Below are positions 7,055-15,814 of a stretch of 27,227 bases of DNA, one piece after another. The translations under genes and the position numbers were made by a program. This DNA comes from Candidatus Woesearchaeota archaeon. Its GTDB lineage: Archaea; Nanobdellota; Nanobdellia; Woesearchaeales; UBA10216. Location of the stretch: positions 1 through 27,227 of the forward strand of contig JACPBX010000019.1 of the NCBI GenBank assembly GCA_016180085.1, given 5' to 3'. The notes beneath the pieces were generated by a model. It was not told the DNA's origin. It made no database searches and saw only the letters and a list, made by a program, of their open reading frames with translations. Position 1 is the first letter of the stretch, and each line of letters opens with the position of its first letter.

Positions 7055-7633
7055 ATGAGACAAATCTTGAAAGCTCCGAGGATGAGGATGCATGGAATGC
7101 AGAAGGCAAGGTCAAGGTCTCTTGCCACAGCAGTGAGGAAGAGCGGCCATCTTCAGACTGTTGCCGAGGTTGTTGGCCAGGAAGCTGTGCCGATTGTGCA
7201 GTACCTGAAGGGCAAGAAGAACATTTCCGAGTTCAAGATAGCTGAGAGCATAAAGGCAGAGGTTAATTCTGTGAGAAAGATGCTTTACGCGATGCAGACA
7301 AGCAACCTTGTCAGCTACTACAGGAAGAAGGACAGGCAGAAGGGCTGGTACATCAGCTACTGGACTTTGAAGCCTGAGTCTTTTGACTATCTCTCTCTTG
7401 CGACAAAGAGGCAGAGGCTTCAGCAGCTTAGGGAGCGCCTCCATAAGGAAGAGGCAAACGAAGGCCTGTTCTACATTTGCCCGAGCCTGTGCGTGAGGCT
7501 TGAGTTTGACAAGGCTGCCGAGATAAGCTTCAAGTGCCCTGAGTGCGGTACCATGCTGCAGCATCAGGACAACATCAAGACCATAGAGCAGTTAAGGTCA
7601 AGGATAAGCGAGCTTGAGTCCAAAAAGAACTAG
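7055..7633 (+). CDS. tfe: Transcription factor E (TFIIE-alpha homolog)
   Basis: Winged helix (ISEFKIAESIK...VRKMLY...LVSYYRKKDRQKGWYISYW) followed by a zinc ribbon (FYICPSLC...FKCPECG). Start uncertain (7055 or 7097). Confidence 0.93.
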   Translation: MRQILKAPRMRMHGMQKARSRSLATAVRKSGHLQTVAEVVGQEAVPIVQYLKGKKNISEFKIAESIKAEVNSVRKMLYAMQTSNLVSYYRKKDRQKGWYISYWTLKPESFDYLSLATKRQRLQQLRERLHKEEANEGLFYICPSLCVRLEFDKAAEISFKCPECGTMLQHQDNIKTIEQLRSRISELESKKN

Positions 7634-7656
7634 GTTGAGTGGCATTAGTGGCAACA

Positions 7657-9060
7657 TCATCTGCTTCCTTCTGCAGCCACAACCGCTGCTGTGTTACCAT
7701 TGAGTATGTGCAGCTTCTCAGCGTGCTTCAGCGTGTTCTGGAACCAGAGCAGGGCTGCTATGCCGGCTACCAAATGGCCAGTCATTATGCCGAGCCACAC
7801 CCCTTTTAATCCCAGCTGCAGTGGGAATGCCAGGGTGTATGCGAGTGCTATCATCAGCCCGAAAGCAAGTGATGTTATTGCCAGTACCTGCCACGCCTTG
7901 CCCAGACCCTGAAACGAGCTTGCGGCTATAAGCCTCAGGCCGAGGAAGCCGTATGCCAGTGCTACTATGCTGAAGTATTGCCTGCCGTAAGCGATGACAG
8001 CAGCGTCTTTCGTGAACACGGACAGCAGGATTGGGGAGGCAAGCAGGAGGGTTATGCCGACTGCTTCCATAAACATGAAAGCGCTGATTGAGGAGAAGAT
8101 TGAGGCGAGCCTTGCCCTGCCATACTGCCTTGCGCCAATGTTCTGGCCTATGACCGATAGCGTTGCAAGCCCGACTGCAAAGGCAGGCAGGACTGCCACT
8201 GATTCAAGCCTGAAGGCAACGCCCAGCCCTGCAAGCGCCAGGCTTCCGAATGAGGCAACGATTTTGTTAAGGAAGAAAATGCCAACCGCCAGAGTGCCTT
8301 GTGATGCTGCTGTCGGGATGCTGACTGCAAGTATGCCCCTGACAATTTCATTTGAGTAAACGAGCTTCTTGAACCTTAGCTTTACCAGCGCCTTTCCGCT
8401 GAAGAGGTGTGAGTACGAGTAAAGCAAACCGAGGGACTGTGATATTATGGTAGCGATTGCCGCGCCTTTAACGCCAAGCTGGGGGAACGGCCCGTAGCCA
8501 AAGATGAACAGGGGATCGAGTATTATGTTCGCTATGTTTGCAATTACGAGCGCTTTCATCGGTGTTTTCGCATCGCCCTCTCCCTGGAGCATTGCATTCG
8601 CTACGTTGGCAAGGAAGAACGCGCCACTTCCAAGGTAAATGACAGACAGGTAGTCCTTCATGAAGGCTGCAACCGTGGCTGACACGCCCAGGAAGCTGAC
8701 AAGGGGCTTTATCGTGAAAAAGCCTATGGCTAGGGTGATGACAGACAGGGCTGCTGCGATGAGCAAGCCGTTTTCGGCAATAACGTTAACCTTTTCAAAA
8801 TTCTTGGCGCCTATGCTTCTTGCCACAAAGGAGCTGACGCCTATGCCCATGCCTGAGTTAAGAGCTATGATTATGAAGAAGATTGGGAACGAGGCAGCGA
8901 CAGCAGCAATGGCTTCAGGCCCAAGCCTTCCAACGAAGAACGTGTCAACCAGCGTGAAGAGGTTGTGCATGAACATCGCAACGAGCATGGGGGCTGCGAG
9001 GAAGATGACGTGCTTCCTGATGCTTCCGGTTGTGAGGTCTTTTTTTGGCTTAGGCTCCAT
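7657..9060 (-). CDS. MATE family efflux transporter
   Basis: DLTTGSI...LAAPM...LFTLVDTFFVGRLG...ALAA; QGEGDAKTPM...NIILDPLFIFG...LGVKGAAIAT; two-fold internal repeat, ~12 TM. Start moved to ATG 9060. Confidence 0.93.
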   Translation of the reverse strand: MEPKPKKDLTTGSIRKHVIFLAAPMLVAMFMHNLFTLVDTFFVGRLGPEAIAAVAASFPIFFIIIALNSGMGIGVSSFVARSIGAKNFEKVNVIAENGLLIAAALSVITLAIGFFTIKPLVSFLGVSATVAAFMKDYLSVIYLGSGAFFLANVANAMLQGEGDAKTPMKALVIANIANIILDPLFIFGYGPFPQLGVKGAAIATIISQSLGLLYSYSHLFSGKALVKLRFKKLVYSNEIVRGILAVSIPTAASQGTLAVGIFFLNKIVASFGSLALAGLGVAFRLESVAVLPAFAVGLATLSVIGQNIGARQYGRARLASIFSSISAFMFMEAVGITLLLASPILLSVFTKDAAVIAYGRQYFSIVALAYGFLGLRLIAASSFQGLGKAWQVLAITSLAFGLMIALAYTLAFPLQLGLKGVWLGIMTGHLVAGIAALLWFQNTLKHAEKLHILNGNTAAVVAAEGSR

Positions 9061-9127
9061 TTGAATCAGCAAAGGCTGCGATAAAGAACTTGTTTATAAG
9101 GTTACTGGCGTAGCTTTGCAACAATAA

Positions 9128-10372
9128 TCACTCATACCTTAATGCCTGCACGGGGTTGAGCCTTGCTGCCTGCCGTGCAGGGGCAACCCCCGACACGCAG
9201 CCCAGCACGAATGAGAATGCCAGCGCACCCAGGATGAGGAAGGGGCTTGTTGACGCCTTCAGCAGCTCTGAGCCGAGAAAGTTTGTTGCTGCGAATTCAA
9301 CCATCTTGCCCATTCCGAGGCCGAACGCGATTCCTACAAGTCCTCCCACAAGGCCATAAAGCCCTGATTCAATCAGGAAAAGGAGCATCACGTCGCGGTT
9401 TTTTGCGCCAACCGCCTTCATTATGCCTATCTCCCTTGTCCGCTCGAGCACTGCAGTGTACATGGTATTCATTACGCCAATTGAGCCGACAACGAGCGAG
9501 ATTGCGGCTATCCCTATTATTACGGCCTGAACTATGCTTAATATGGTTGTAAAGCTTGCGAACAGGTCTTCAGAAGTCTGCACCTGGAAATCCTCGTTGC
9601 CCTCTTCCTGGCCCCTGTCCTTCCGTATCACTTCCTTTATTCTTGCAGCCACATCTACCGGCCTGAAGCCAGCCTCTACCTCAGCACTTACCAGGGCATA
9701 CTCGTCTTTGTTCCCGTATATTTCCCATGCGGTTTCAATCGGTATTATGACTGAAACGTCGTTAGCTGGGTCCCCAAGCTTTCTCCTTATGCCCACGACC
9801 TTGAACTCCTCACCCTCAACTTTTACCGTATCGCCTGGCTTGATTGTCCTGCCCATCAGCTTTTCGTCTGTCGAGTAGGAGTTCCCGACTATCGCCGCCT
9901 TTTTTTCCCCTTTCCTGAACTCCCTGCCCTGCGAAACCGAAAACCTCGTGCCGAAAACCCTTCTGCTCTCTTCATCAGCAGGAATCCCTATGCCCAAAGA
10001 GTATTTTGTCCTGCCGTTGAACTCGAACTTGCTCGTCTTGAACACAAAACCCCCGGCTTCTTTCACGCCCCTTGCCCTCTTTATCAGGTCAATGTCGTGC
10101 TGGGTGACCTTAGACAAGCCAGAGCTGCTGCCTGGAGGCCCGAAGAAGGCGCTGCCAGGCTGGACTATCACCCTGTCGGCTCCGATTGTGCTGAACTGCT
10201 CCTTTATCGCTGCCTCCATGCCCTTGCTTATTGATATCAGGCCTACTACTGCAGCGATGCCAACAAATATTCCGAGCATTGTCAGCCAGCTTCTCAGCTT
10301 CCTGTTCTTCATGCCCTTAACTGCCAGTAAGAAGTAATCCTTTAGCTTGATGAAAAGCTTCTGCATCTGCAT
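9128..10372 (-). CDS. ABC transporter permease, MacB/FtsX family
   Basis: RKLRSWLTMLGIFVGIAAV; periplasmic core; ISLVVGSIGVMNTMYTAVLERTREIGIMKAVGA; PARQAARLNPVQALRYE. Confidence 0.93.
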   Translation of the reverse strand: MQMQKLFIKLKDYFLLAVKGMKNRKLRSWLTMLGIFVGIAAVVGLISISKGMEAAIKEQFSTIGADRVIVQPGSAFFGPPGSSSGLSKVTQHDIDLIKRARGVKEAGGFVFKTSKFEFNGRTKYSLGIGIPADEESRRVFGTRFSVSQGREFRKGEKKAAIVGNSYSTDEKLMGRTIKPGDTVKVEGEEFKVVGIRRKLGDPANDVSVIIPIETAWEIYGNKDEYALVSAEVEAGFRPVDVAARIKEVIRKDRGQEEGNEDFQVQTSEDLFASFTTILSIVQAVIIGIAAISLVVGSIGVMNTMYTAVLERTREIGIMKAVGAKNRDVMLLFLIESGLYGLVGGLVGIAFGLGMGKMVEFAATNFLGSELLKASTSPFLILGALAFSFVLGCVSGVAPARQAARLNPVQALRYE

Positions 10373-10432
10373 TTCCCCTGTATATCCCCCGCATCTTCCC
10401 TGCACTACATACGCTTCGCGGCTTTGCCTGCT

Positions 10433-11692
10433 TTACTTCTTTTTTCTGAGCTTCCTGTAAGCAAGAACGCCAACCACAACTATTGCTACAGTAATGAGTA
10501 TGCCCTTGCCGTTGCTCTTTTCAAGCCCGAACTTTCCAAGCTCAGAGGTGGTGTAAACCCTTACCGGAACAGTAATCGTCTGCTGGTGCGGCTCGTTCAG
10601 CGCATCCCTGTATTCGAGGCTTAGCGTAAGCTGTGCTGGCTTTTTGAAGAAAACATCGTAACTTACTGTTTCTGAATCTCCCGAGTCTAGGTCTCCAACA
10701 TAAGCAGACTCAGGGGAGAGTATCTCGTAGTTTTCTGATTTGGCCAGAGCTGATGACAGGAATTTCACGTCCGAAAGGCCGCTGTTTATGATTTCTATCG
10801 TGACTTTGCGCTTTGCATTTAGCTTCAGCGGGTCTGAGCCAATGGCAGCAGCAGCCAGCTGCGGCTCTGAACTGACTAGTATGCCAAAGGACTGCCCGCT
10901 GATAGTGTAGTTCCTTCCTGACGTGTCAGAGTATGTTATGAGCAGGGGCATCCTGTACAGCGCGCTTTTTGCATCGGGGCTCGTGATTACGGAAAAGGCT
11001 GCCTTTGAAGTGCCTTTTTGCTTGATGAGCGGTATTATTGCCTCGTTTGTGGAGCCGTAGGCTGAAAACGTGTCTGTGAGGTTCAGCCTTACCCTGACGT
11101 TCACTGCATCACCGGTTCCGATGTTTGTGACTTCAAGTTCCAGACTGGAAGGCTTGCCGGGAACCATGGTTTCCGGCTTAGCAACAACAGACGTTACCGC
11201 AAGGGGCAAATCCCTCCTGCCTACGCTTACATTGAAACTGTCAACCACTGTCCAGCCCTGCGATGCCGTCTTATACCTTAGCGCGATTGGGTTTATGCCT
11301 GAGCCTGCTGCGACATCAATTGTCAGGAAGAACCTTACTATGACCGCATCCTTTCCTTTCTGCCTCCCGAAAAGGTTGCCGACAGATTTTGTTTTCTCGC
11401 TTTCATCAACCGAGAACGGGAACCTTGGCAGAAGCTCAACAGTAACGCCGTCAGCGGGCATTGTGCCAATGTTCTCGACCTTGAACTTCAGCTCAAGCCG
11501 CTCACCGGGCATGACAGGCTCAGGGTCCTGGTTGACAAAGCTTATTGTCACGAAAGCCGAATCAGAGACAGAGTCGTCAGTCCCAGCACTCACTGCTGTT
11601 GCATTTGTTAAAACTGCTGCAGCCGCGATAAAAACCAGGAAAACACTCAATGCGGCAAATACCGCTGCAGGAGGAATGTTCAGCTTAGTCAT
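10433..11692 (-). CDS. COG1361 / S-layer-family secreted protein with Ig-like repeats and a C-terminal TM anchor
   Basis: N-terminal hydrophobic signal, QDPEPVMPGE..ELKFKVENIG, repeated beta-rich units, C-terminal TM plus RKLRKKK. Sits between the ABC ATPase and the MacB permease, a familiar archaeal triad. Confidence 0.8.
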   Translation of the reverse strand: MTKLNIPPAAVFAALSVFLVFIAAAAVLTNATAVSAGTDDSVSDSAFVTISFVNQDPEPVMPGERLELKFKVENIGTMPADGVTVELLPRFPFSVDESEKTKSVGNLFGRQKGKDAVIVRFFLTIDVAAGSGINPIALRYKTASQGWTVVDSFNVSVGRRDLPLAVTSVVAKPETMVPGKPSSLELEVTNIGTGDAVNVRVRLNLTDTFSAYGSTNEAIIPLIKQKGTSKAAFSVITSPDAKSALYRMPLLITYSDTSGRNYTISGQSFGILVSSEPQLAAAAIGSDPLKLNAKRKVTIEIINSGLSDVKFLSSALAKSENYEILSPESAYVGDLDSGDSETVSYDVFFKKPAQLTLSLEYRDALNEPHQQTITVPVRVYTTSELGKFGLEKSNGKGILITVAIVVVGVLAYRKLRKKK

Positions 11693-11715
11693 TGCAGCCA
11701 CACCAGCTCTTTAGT

Positions 11716-12399
11716 TCAGTTCTTTTTTATCTTGATTATGGTCCCGTCCTTTATATAGGCTATGGTTTCAGCTTCGCCTGCAATCCTGTCATCGTGGGTT
11801 ATCACCACAACGGTTTTGCCTTTGTCGTGGAGCTTTTTCAGCATCCCAAAGATCTTCCTGCCTGTGCCGCTGTCGAGGTTTCCGGTTGGCTCGTCAGCCA
11901 GTATCACTTCGGGGTCGTTTGCCAGTGCCCTTGCTATTGCAACCCTCTGCTGCTGCCCTCCTGAGAGCTGGCTGGGGCGGTGGCCTTTCCTGTTAAGAAG
12001 CTCAACCTCGCCTAGCAGCTCGACAGCCTTCTTTTCCCTTTCATCCTCAGATTTTCCCTGGAAAATCATTGGCAGCATTATGTTTTCCATTGCCGTGAGC
12101 GTTGGCACCAGGTTGAACTGCTGGAAGATAAAGCCAACAGTTTTTCCCCGCATCTCGGCAAGCTCGTCTTCCGAGAGCGTGCTTACGTTCCTGCCCTGTA
12201 TGTAAACAGAGCCCCTGTCAGGCGCGTCCAGTGCCCCGATAATATGCATCGCCGTAGACTTCCCGCTTCCAGATGGGCCCTGTATTGCAAAGAACTCGCC
12301 TTTTTTTATTTCCAGGGAAGCACCGCGCAGGGCGTTTATGGTTTCGTCGCCCATCCTGTAGGTCTTCCACACGTTCTCAAGCTTCACAGCAGCAGCCAT
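11716..12399 (-). CDS. ABC transporter ATP-binding protein, LolD/MacB family
   Basis: Walker [11 protein letters not shown]-loop GFIFQQFNL, signature [15 protein letters not shown], Walker [13 protein letters not shown]-loop ITHD. ATG 12399 lies ~24 nt after TTTAAATA. Confidence 0.96.
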   Translation of the reverse strand: MAAAVKLENVWKTYRMGDETINALRGASLEIKKGEFFAIQGPSGSGKSTAMHIIGALDAPDRGSVYIQGRNVSTLSEDELAEMRGKTVGFIFQQFNLVPTLTAMENIMLPMIFQGKSEDEREKKAVELLGEVELLNRKGHRPSQLSGGQQQRVAIARALANDPEVILADEPTGNLDSGTGRKIFGMLKKLHDKGKTVVVITHDDRIAGEAETIAYIKDGTIIKIKKN

Positions 12400-12476
12400 C
12401 AAACAAAATCCTGAAGTTTGCATTATTTAAAGTTTCAGCAAAACCTATAAATACGCCACGGGTTGCCATGCTTGAA

Positions 12477-13118
12477 ATGGCTTTACTGGCAATACGCACC
12501 ATAGTAAAGGAAAAGGACAAGGACAGCGGGAAGAAATGGTTTGCTGTATTTGTCGGGGTTATTATGCTGATGAGCGTGGCAGGCTTTGTTTTCTCCTTTA
12601 ACCCATCAGCACAGGGCAGCAATTTCCGTTATGGCGACCTGACGTTCAGGCAGACGCAGCAGGGATTCTTCGCCACAGAGGTAAATGGAAGGCAGGTTGA
12701 TTTCTTCTACAGGCCCGAGGACGTTTCGGATATCGACGTGCCTGGCTCTGCAGTTGAAAGGCTGACGGGAAGCAGGGTTGTTTACATCACTTATTACTGG
12801 AACAGCACGCTGGCTGAGGGCATGGCGCTTCTGCAGTTCGACGCTGCAAACCTGCTGGACTCAGTGCACAAAGTTTTCGCCCAGGCTGCATCAACAACAG
12901 CGAATCCTTTTAATCTTCCTCTTGTAACATGCGGTAATTCCACGAGCTTCATCCCTGTGCTGCTCTTTCAGGAAGCAAATAACACAGCAATATCCGTAGA
13001 TTCTGAAAACCCTGACTGCATTGTTTTGAGCGCCTCATCTGAGTCAGGGTTCGCAAGGGCAGCTGACAGGCTTAAGTACGCGCTTATATCAGGTGAGGCG
13101 GGCGGTGGCCGGGAATGA
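12477..13118 (+). CDS. Single-TM exported hypothetical protein (paralog 1)
   Basis: TATAAATA at 12446-12453 favours ATG 12477. TM WFAVFVGVIMLMSVAGFVF; many N-x-S/T sequons; C-terminal TC...C...RAADRL. Confidence 0.75.
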   Translation: MALLAIRTIVKEKDKDSGKKWFAVFVGVIMLMSVAGFVFSFNPSAQGSNFRYGDLTFRQTQQGFFATEVNGRQVDFFYRPEDVSDIDVPGSAVERLTGSRVVYITYYWNSTLAEGMALLQFDAANLLDSVHKVFAQAASTTANPFNLPLVTCGNSTSFIPVLLFQEANNTAISVDSENPDCIVLSASSESGFARAADRLKYALISGEAGGGRE

Positions 13119-13861
13119 GCAACAAAATCTCCGTAGAAGACCGCGCGGAAAAGGAAGGAGGCAAGGGAAAGCAGCAGGCATGGCAAAAGCCTGAGCCGCA
13201 GCAAATGCAACAACACCAGCAGCGCGAGCAAGCAAGCCACCATAGACACCATGAAAGGAACATAGTCCTGGCCTTCGCGGCTGTAGGGGTGGTTGTTATT
13301 CTTGGATTCTTCATGGCAAGATACGCGATAAACCTGGTCAGTGGCGATGGCACAGTTGATAATGCGGAAGAAAGCCGCTATTACAACGGGTTTGAGTTTG
13401 TAACAGATGGCAGCACGTGGTTCACTCAGTGGAAAGGGGACGAACTTACTTATAACCTACAGCTCAGGCACCCACCTTGGGAAGTTGAGAATGTGACTGT
13501 GAAAGGGCAAGTTGACTGGCGTTTTCAGATGCCTGGGATTTTCATAACTTTTGACCCGCCAGAGAACTTTAGTAGGCAGAACTCCTTTCTATTTCTCGCA
13601 AGTGTTGACCTGACAAGCAATTTGGACACAGTTCTCGACAGGACGGTTATTGCTGCCTGCACAGCCAACCTCACCGAAGCCTGCACCCAGAGGCCAATTG
13701 TCACGTGCTCAACAAACGCCTCAGTGATTTACCTCAAGGTCTCAAACGAAACAGGCGTCTTCCTTGACGGCAACTGCGCAACAATCCAGGGCTACGAAAA
13801 AGGCTTAACAAGAGCTGCCGACAAGGTAATTTACCAGTGGCTTAAAATAATCAGGAAATAG
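13115..13861 (+). CDS. Single-TM exported hypothetical protein (paralog 2)
   Basis: ATGA overlap with the upstream stop. TM IVLAFAAVGVVVILGFF; YNGFEF; TC...C...RAADKV, like the upstream gene. Confidence 0.8.
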   Translation: MSNKISVEDRAEKEGGKGKQQAWQKPEPQQMQQHQQREQASHHRHHERNIVLAFAAVGVVVILGFFMARYAINLVSGDGTVDNAEESRYYNGFEFVTDGSTWFTQWKGDELTYNLQLRHPPWEVENVTVKGQVDWRFQMPGIFITFDPPENFSRQNSFLFLASVDLTSNLDTVLDRTVIAACTANLTEACTQRPIVTCSTNASVIYLKVSNETGVFLDGNCATIQGYEKGLTRAADKVIYQWLKIIRK

Positions 13862-14369
13862 AATGTGGGTTCGCTGAGACATACTGCGACAAAGTGTCTT
13901 GCGAGCCGGAAAGTGACAGAACAGCCGAAGATAATTCTTCTTTAGCTCCTTTAGATTCTTTATCAGCTGATTCTTTCACCTGCCTTTCCAGGCGTTCAAG
14001 GTGTGAGATTAAGGTTGTCAGTCGGCTCCCGTAACGGTTAAGTAGGTCCAATAAAGGAACATGCGGCGAGAGGGGCGAATGAAGTAACCCTGAAATGCGT
14101 GCAGAAGAGCGCACCATGCCCAGTATTTCCTGCCTGTTATTTCTGTAAAAATCGCCAGGGACATATGCCCATGCATCCTCTGGTTCTGATCTTGCCATCT
14201 CGTAAAAATCAGTGGCAAAAGCATCTACGGCCTGGGCGAAGCCATCAATCAGGGGCTGAAGCTCAAATGCAGTAAATAAAGGAGAACCTGCAAGCAATTG
14301 TTCAACCTGCATCTCCAGGCTCTGTGGCCCTTTTCCTTCCGCCGTTACCCCTGCCAGTCCCTCTGCCAT
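13851..14369 (-). CDS. Hypothetical helical protein
   Basis: Track ORF 13851-14426. ATG 14369 follows GGGAAAGGAA and lies 20 nt after the upstream stop. No family recognised. Confidence 0.6.
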   Translation of the reverse strand: MAEGLAGVTAEGKGPQSLEMQVEQLLAGSPLFTAFELQPLIDGFAQAVDAFATDFYEMARSEPEDAWAYVPGDFYRNNRQEILGMVRSSARISGLLHSPLSPHVPLLDLLNRYGSRLTTLISHLERLERQVKESADKESKGAKEELSSAVLSLSGSQDTLSQYVSANPHSIS

Positions 14370-14388
14370 TTCCTTTCCCGCAACAGCA

Positions 14389-14754
14389 TCATAGTTCCTT
14401 GGCCCCTGCTTCCGAAGGCACAACAAACCTAATCCCGAGGCCTAGCTGGAGCAGTGCAGTGATTAGTGCCATGTGAGCATTGCCTGAGCCTGAGGACATG
14501 TTGACAGCAACCTCTGTGTCAGCTATTTTTTCTGACAAGCCCTTCTTAATATCCGCAACCAGCTGCTGTGGTGGTGCGAAGTCGTCAACAACCACAAACG
14601 CCGCCTTTACTGCCGGAAACTTCCGGGCAAAGTTCTCCTTCCCAAAATCATTCGTAATCAGAAAAATGTTGCTCCATGACTCAGAGGCGACCAGCCTTGC
14701 AACCTCGTTCCACGTTCCCTTCCCGGCCCCAAGGCACGCTATCAGCTCAGTCAT
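14389..14754 (-). CDS. Conserved-looking hypothetical protein with CARF-like Rossmann topology
   Basis: 121 aa with alternating strands LIACLG, IFLIT, FVVVD, VAVNMSSG, IRFVV and helices. TTTTTAAG box ~27 nt upstream. Confidence 0.6.
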   Translation of the reverse strand: MTELIACLGAGKGTWNEVARLVASESWSNIFLITNDFGKENFARKFPAVKAAFVVVDDFAPPQQLVADIKKGLSEKIADTEVAVNMSSGSGNAHMALITALLQLGLGIRFVVPSEAGAKEL

Positions 14755-14800
14755 GGCAGAAACGGCCGGAGCGGTTCGAAGCTTAAAAAGGTTACTGCAG

Positions 14801-15220
14801 TCACAACTGCAGCAGCTTCAGCCCCGTAACATCATCGTGCGTTCTTTCAAGCTTCCCCTGCAGCGGCTGCAGGAAAACTTCACATGATGCACCTACAACG
14901 GCTTCCTTCAAATGGCCTCCGAAGGAGTGCATCTCACCATCTGAAACTGTGGCATGCGCATGCACAAGCGGCTCGCCCTCAAATAGCGCAACGTTTCCGA
15001 TAATGCTGTCAATCTCAAGCTCGGCTTCGGCTTTTTTCCAGTTGTATGCCTTTGCCTCAAGGCTGTAGAATCCTAGCTCGACCTCTTTCACAGCGCCAAT
15101 GGCTGCGAATTGGGCGGCAGCTATGTTTTTCTCCTTGCAGAACGCTGTTACTGATTCTATTATTCTCTCTCCTGTATAGAGCAGCAGAACAAAAGTATTG
15201 CCGAGCTGTTGGTGCTTCAT
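14801..15220 (-). CDS. PPC domain (DUF296) protein
   Basis: GE.IIESVTAFC...IGAV...LEIDSIIGNV...VHAHATVSD...FGGHL: the HxH...GGHL signature. Confidence 0.92.
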   Translation of the reverse strand: MKHQQLGNTFVLLLYTGERIIESVTAFCKEKNIAAAQFAAIGAVKEVELGFYSLEAKAYNWKKAEAELEIDSIIGNVALFEGEPLVHAHATVSDGEMHSFGGHLKEAVVGASCEVFLQPLQGKLERTHDDVTGLKLLQL

Positions 15221-15253
15221 TTTTCAGCTTCCTGCCTGCTGGTTGCCGGGTTG

Positions 15254-15721
15254 CTAGTTGATGTCAACAACCTTCAGCTTAAAGACCAGGTTTTTCCCAG
15301 CCAGGGGGTGGTTCATGTCAATGGTTACTGTATCGCCGCTGACGCCAGTGATTGTCGCGTGCACCATCTGCCCTTGTGGAGCTCTGAAGCTGAAGCCCAT
15401 GTTCCGGTCAATTTTCATCTCCGCAGGGAACACGCTTCTTGGCACCTGCTGCTGCAGCCTCTCATCCCTTTCTCCATAGCCATCCTGCGGCGTTATCCTG
15501 ATGGTTTTCTGCTCGCCTTTCTTCATCCCAAGGACGGCATTGTCAAAGCCCTTTATCACTTCCACGTTGCCCGTAACAAACCTTATGGGAGCCCTGCCAT
15601 CTGTTGTGTCGAAGACAGTGCCATCCTCAAACGTGCCCGTATACTCAATAGAAACCTTGCTGCCCTTTGCAACAACGCTTATCGCTTCCTTCCCGCTTCC
15701 CTTTGCCCTGGCATCAGCCAT
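15254..15721 (-). CDS. FKBP-type peptidyl-prolyl isomerase, short SlyD-like form
   Basis: GSKVSIEYTGTFEDGTVFDTT, VIKGFDNAVLGM, ITPQDGYGER, insert-in-flap domain, DMNHPLAGKNLVF. Start 15721 or GTG 15730. Confidence 0.93.
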   Translation of the reverse strand: MADARAKGSGKEAISVVAKGSKVSIEYTGTFEDGTVFDTTDGRAPIRFVTGNVEVIKGFDNAVLGMKKGEQKTIRITPQDGYGERDERLQQQVPRSVFPAEMKIDRNMGFSFRAPQGQMVHATITGVSGDTVTIDMNHPLAGKNLVFKLKVVDIN

Positions 15722-15814
15722 TAAAATCACCCGGTTTTGGTTTTAGATGCGATTTAAATAGTTTTCCCGAAGTGGTAAGAAACGTTTAAATACAACCTGC
15801 AGCTACGACCTTAT

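Noticed and set aside
14778-14793. TAACCTTTTTAAG on the - strand, matching the start of the 6061 copy (similar CAACCTTTAAAAA near 24141)
   Set aside because: No partner arm or tail. It lies ~27 nt before a start codon, so it is best read as a plain TATA box. This also cautions that the 5' half of the element alone is not diagnostic.
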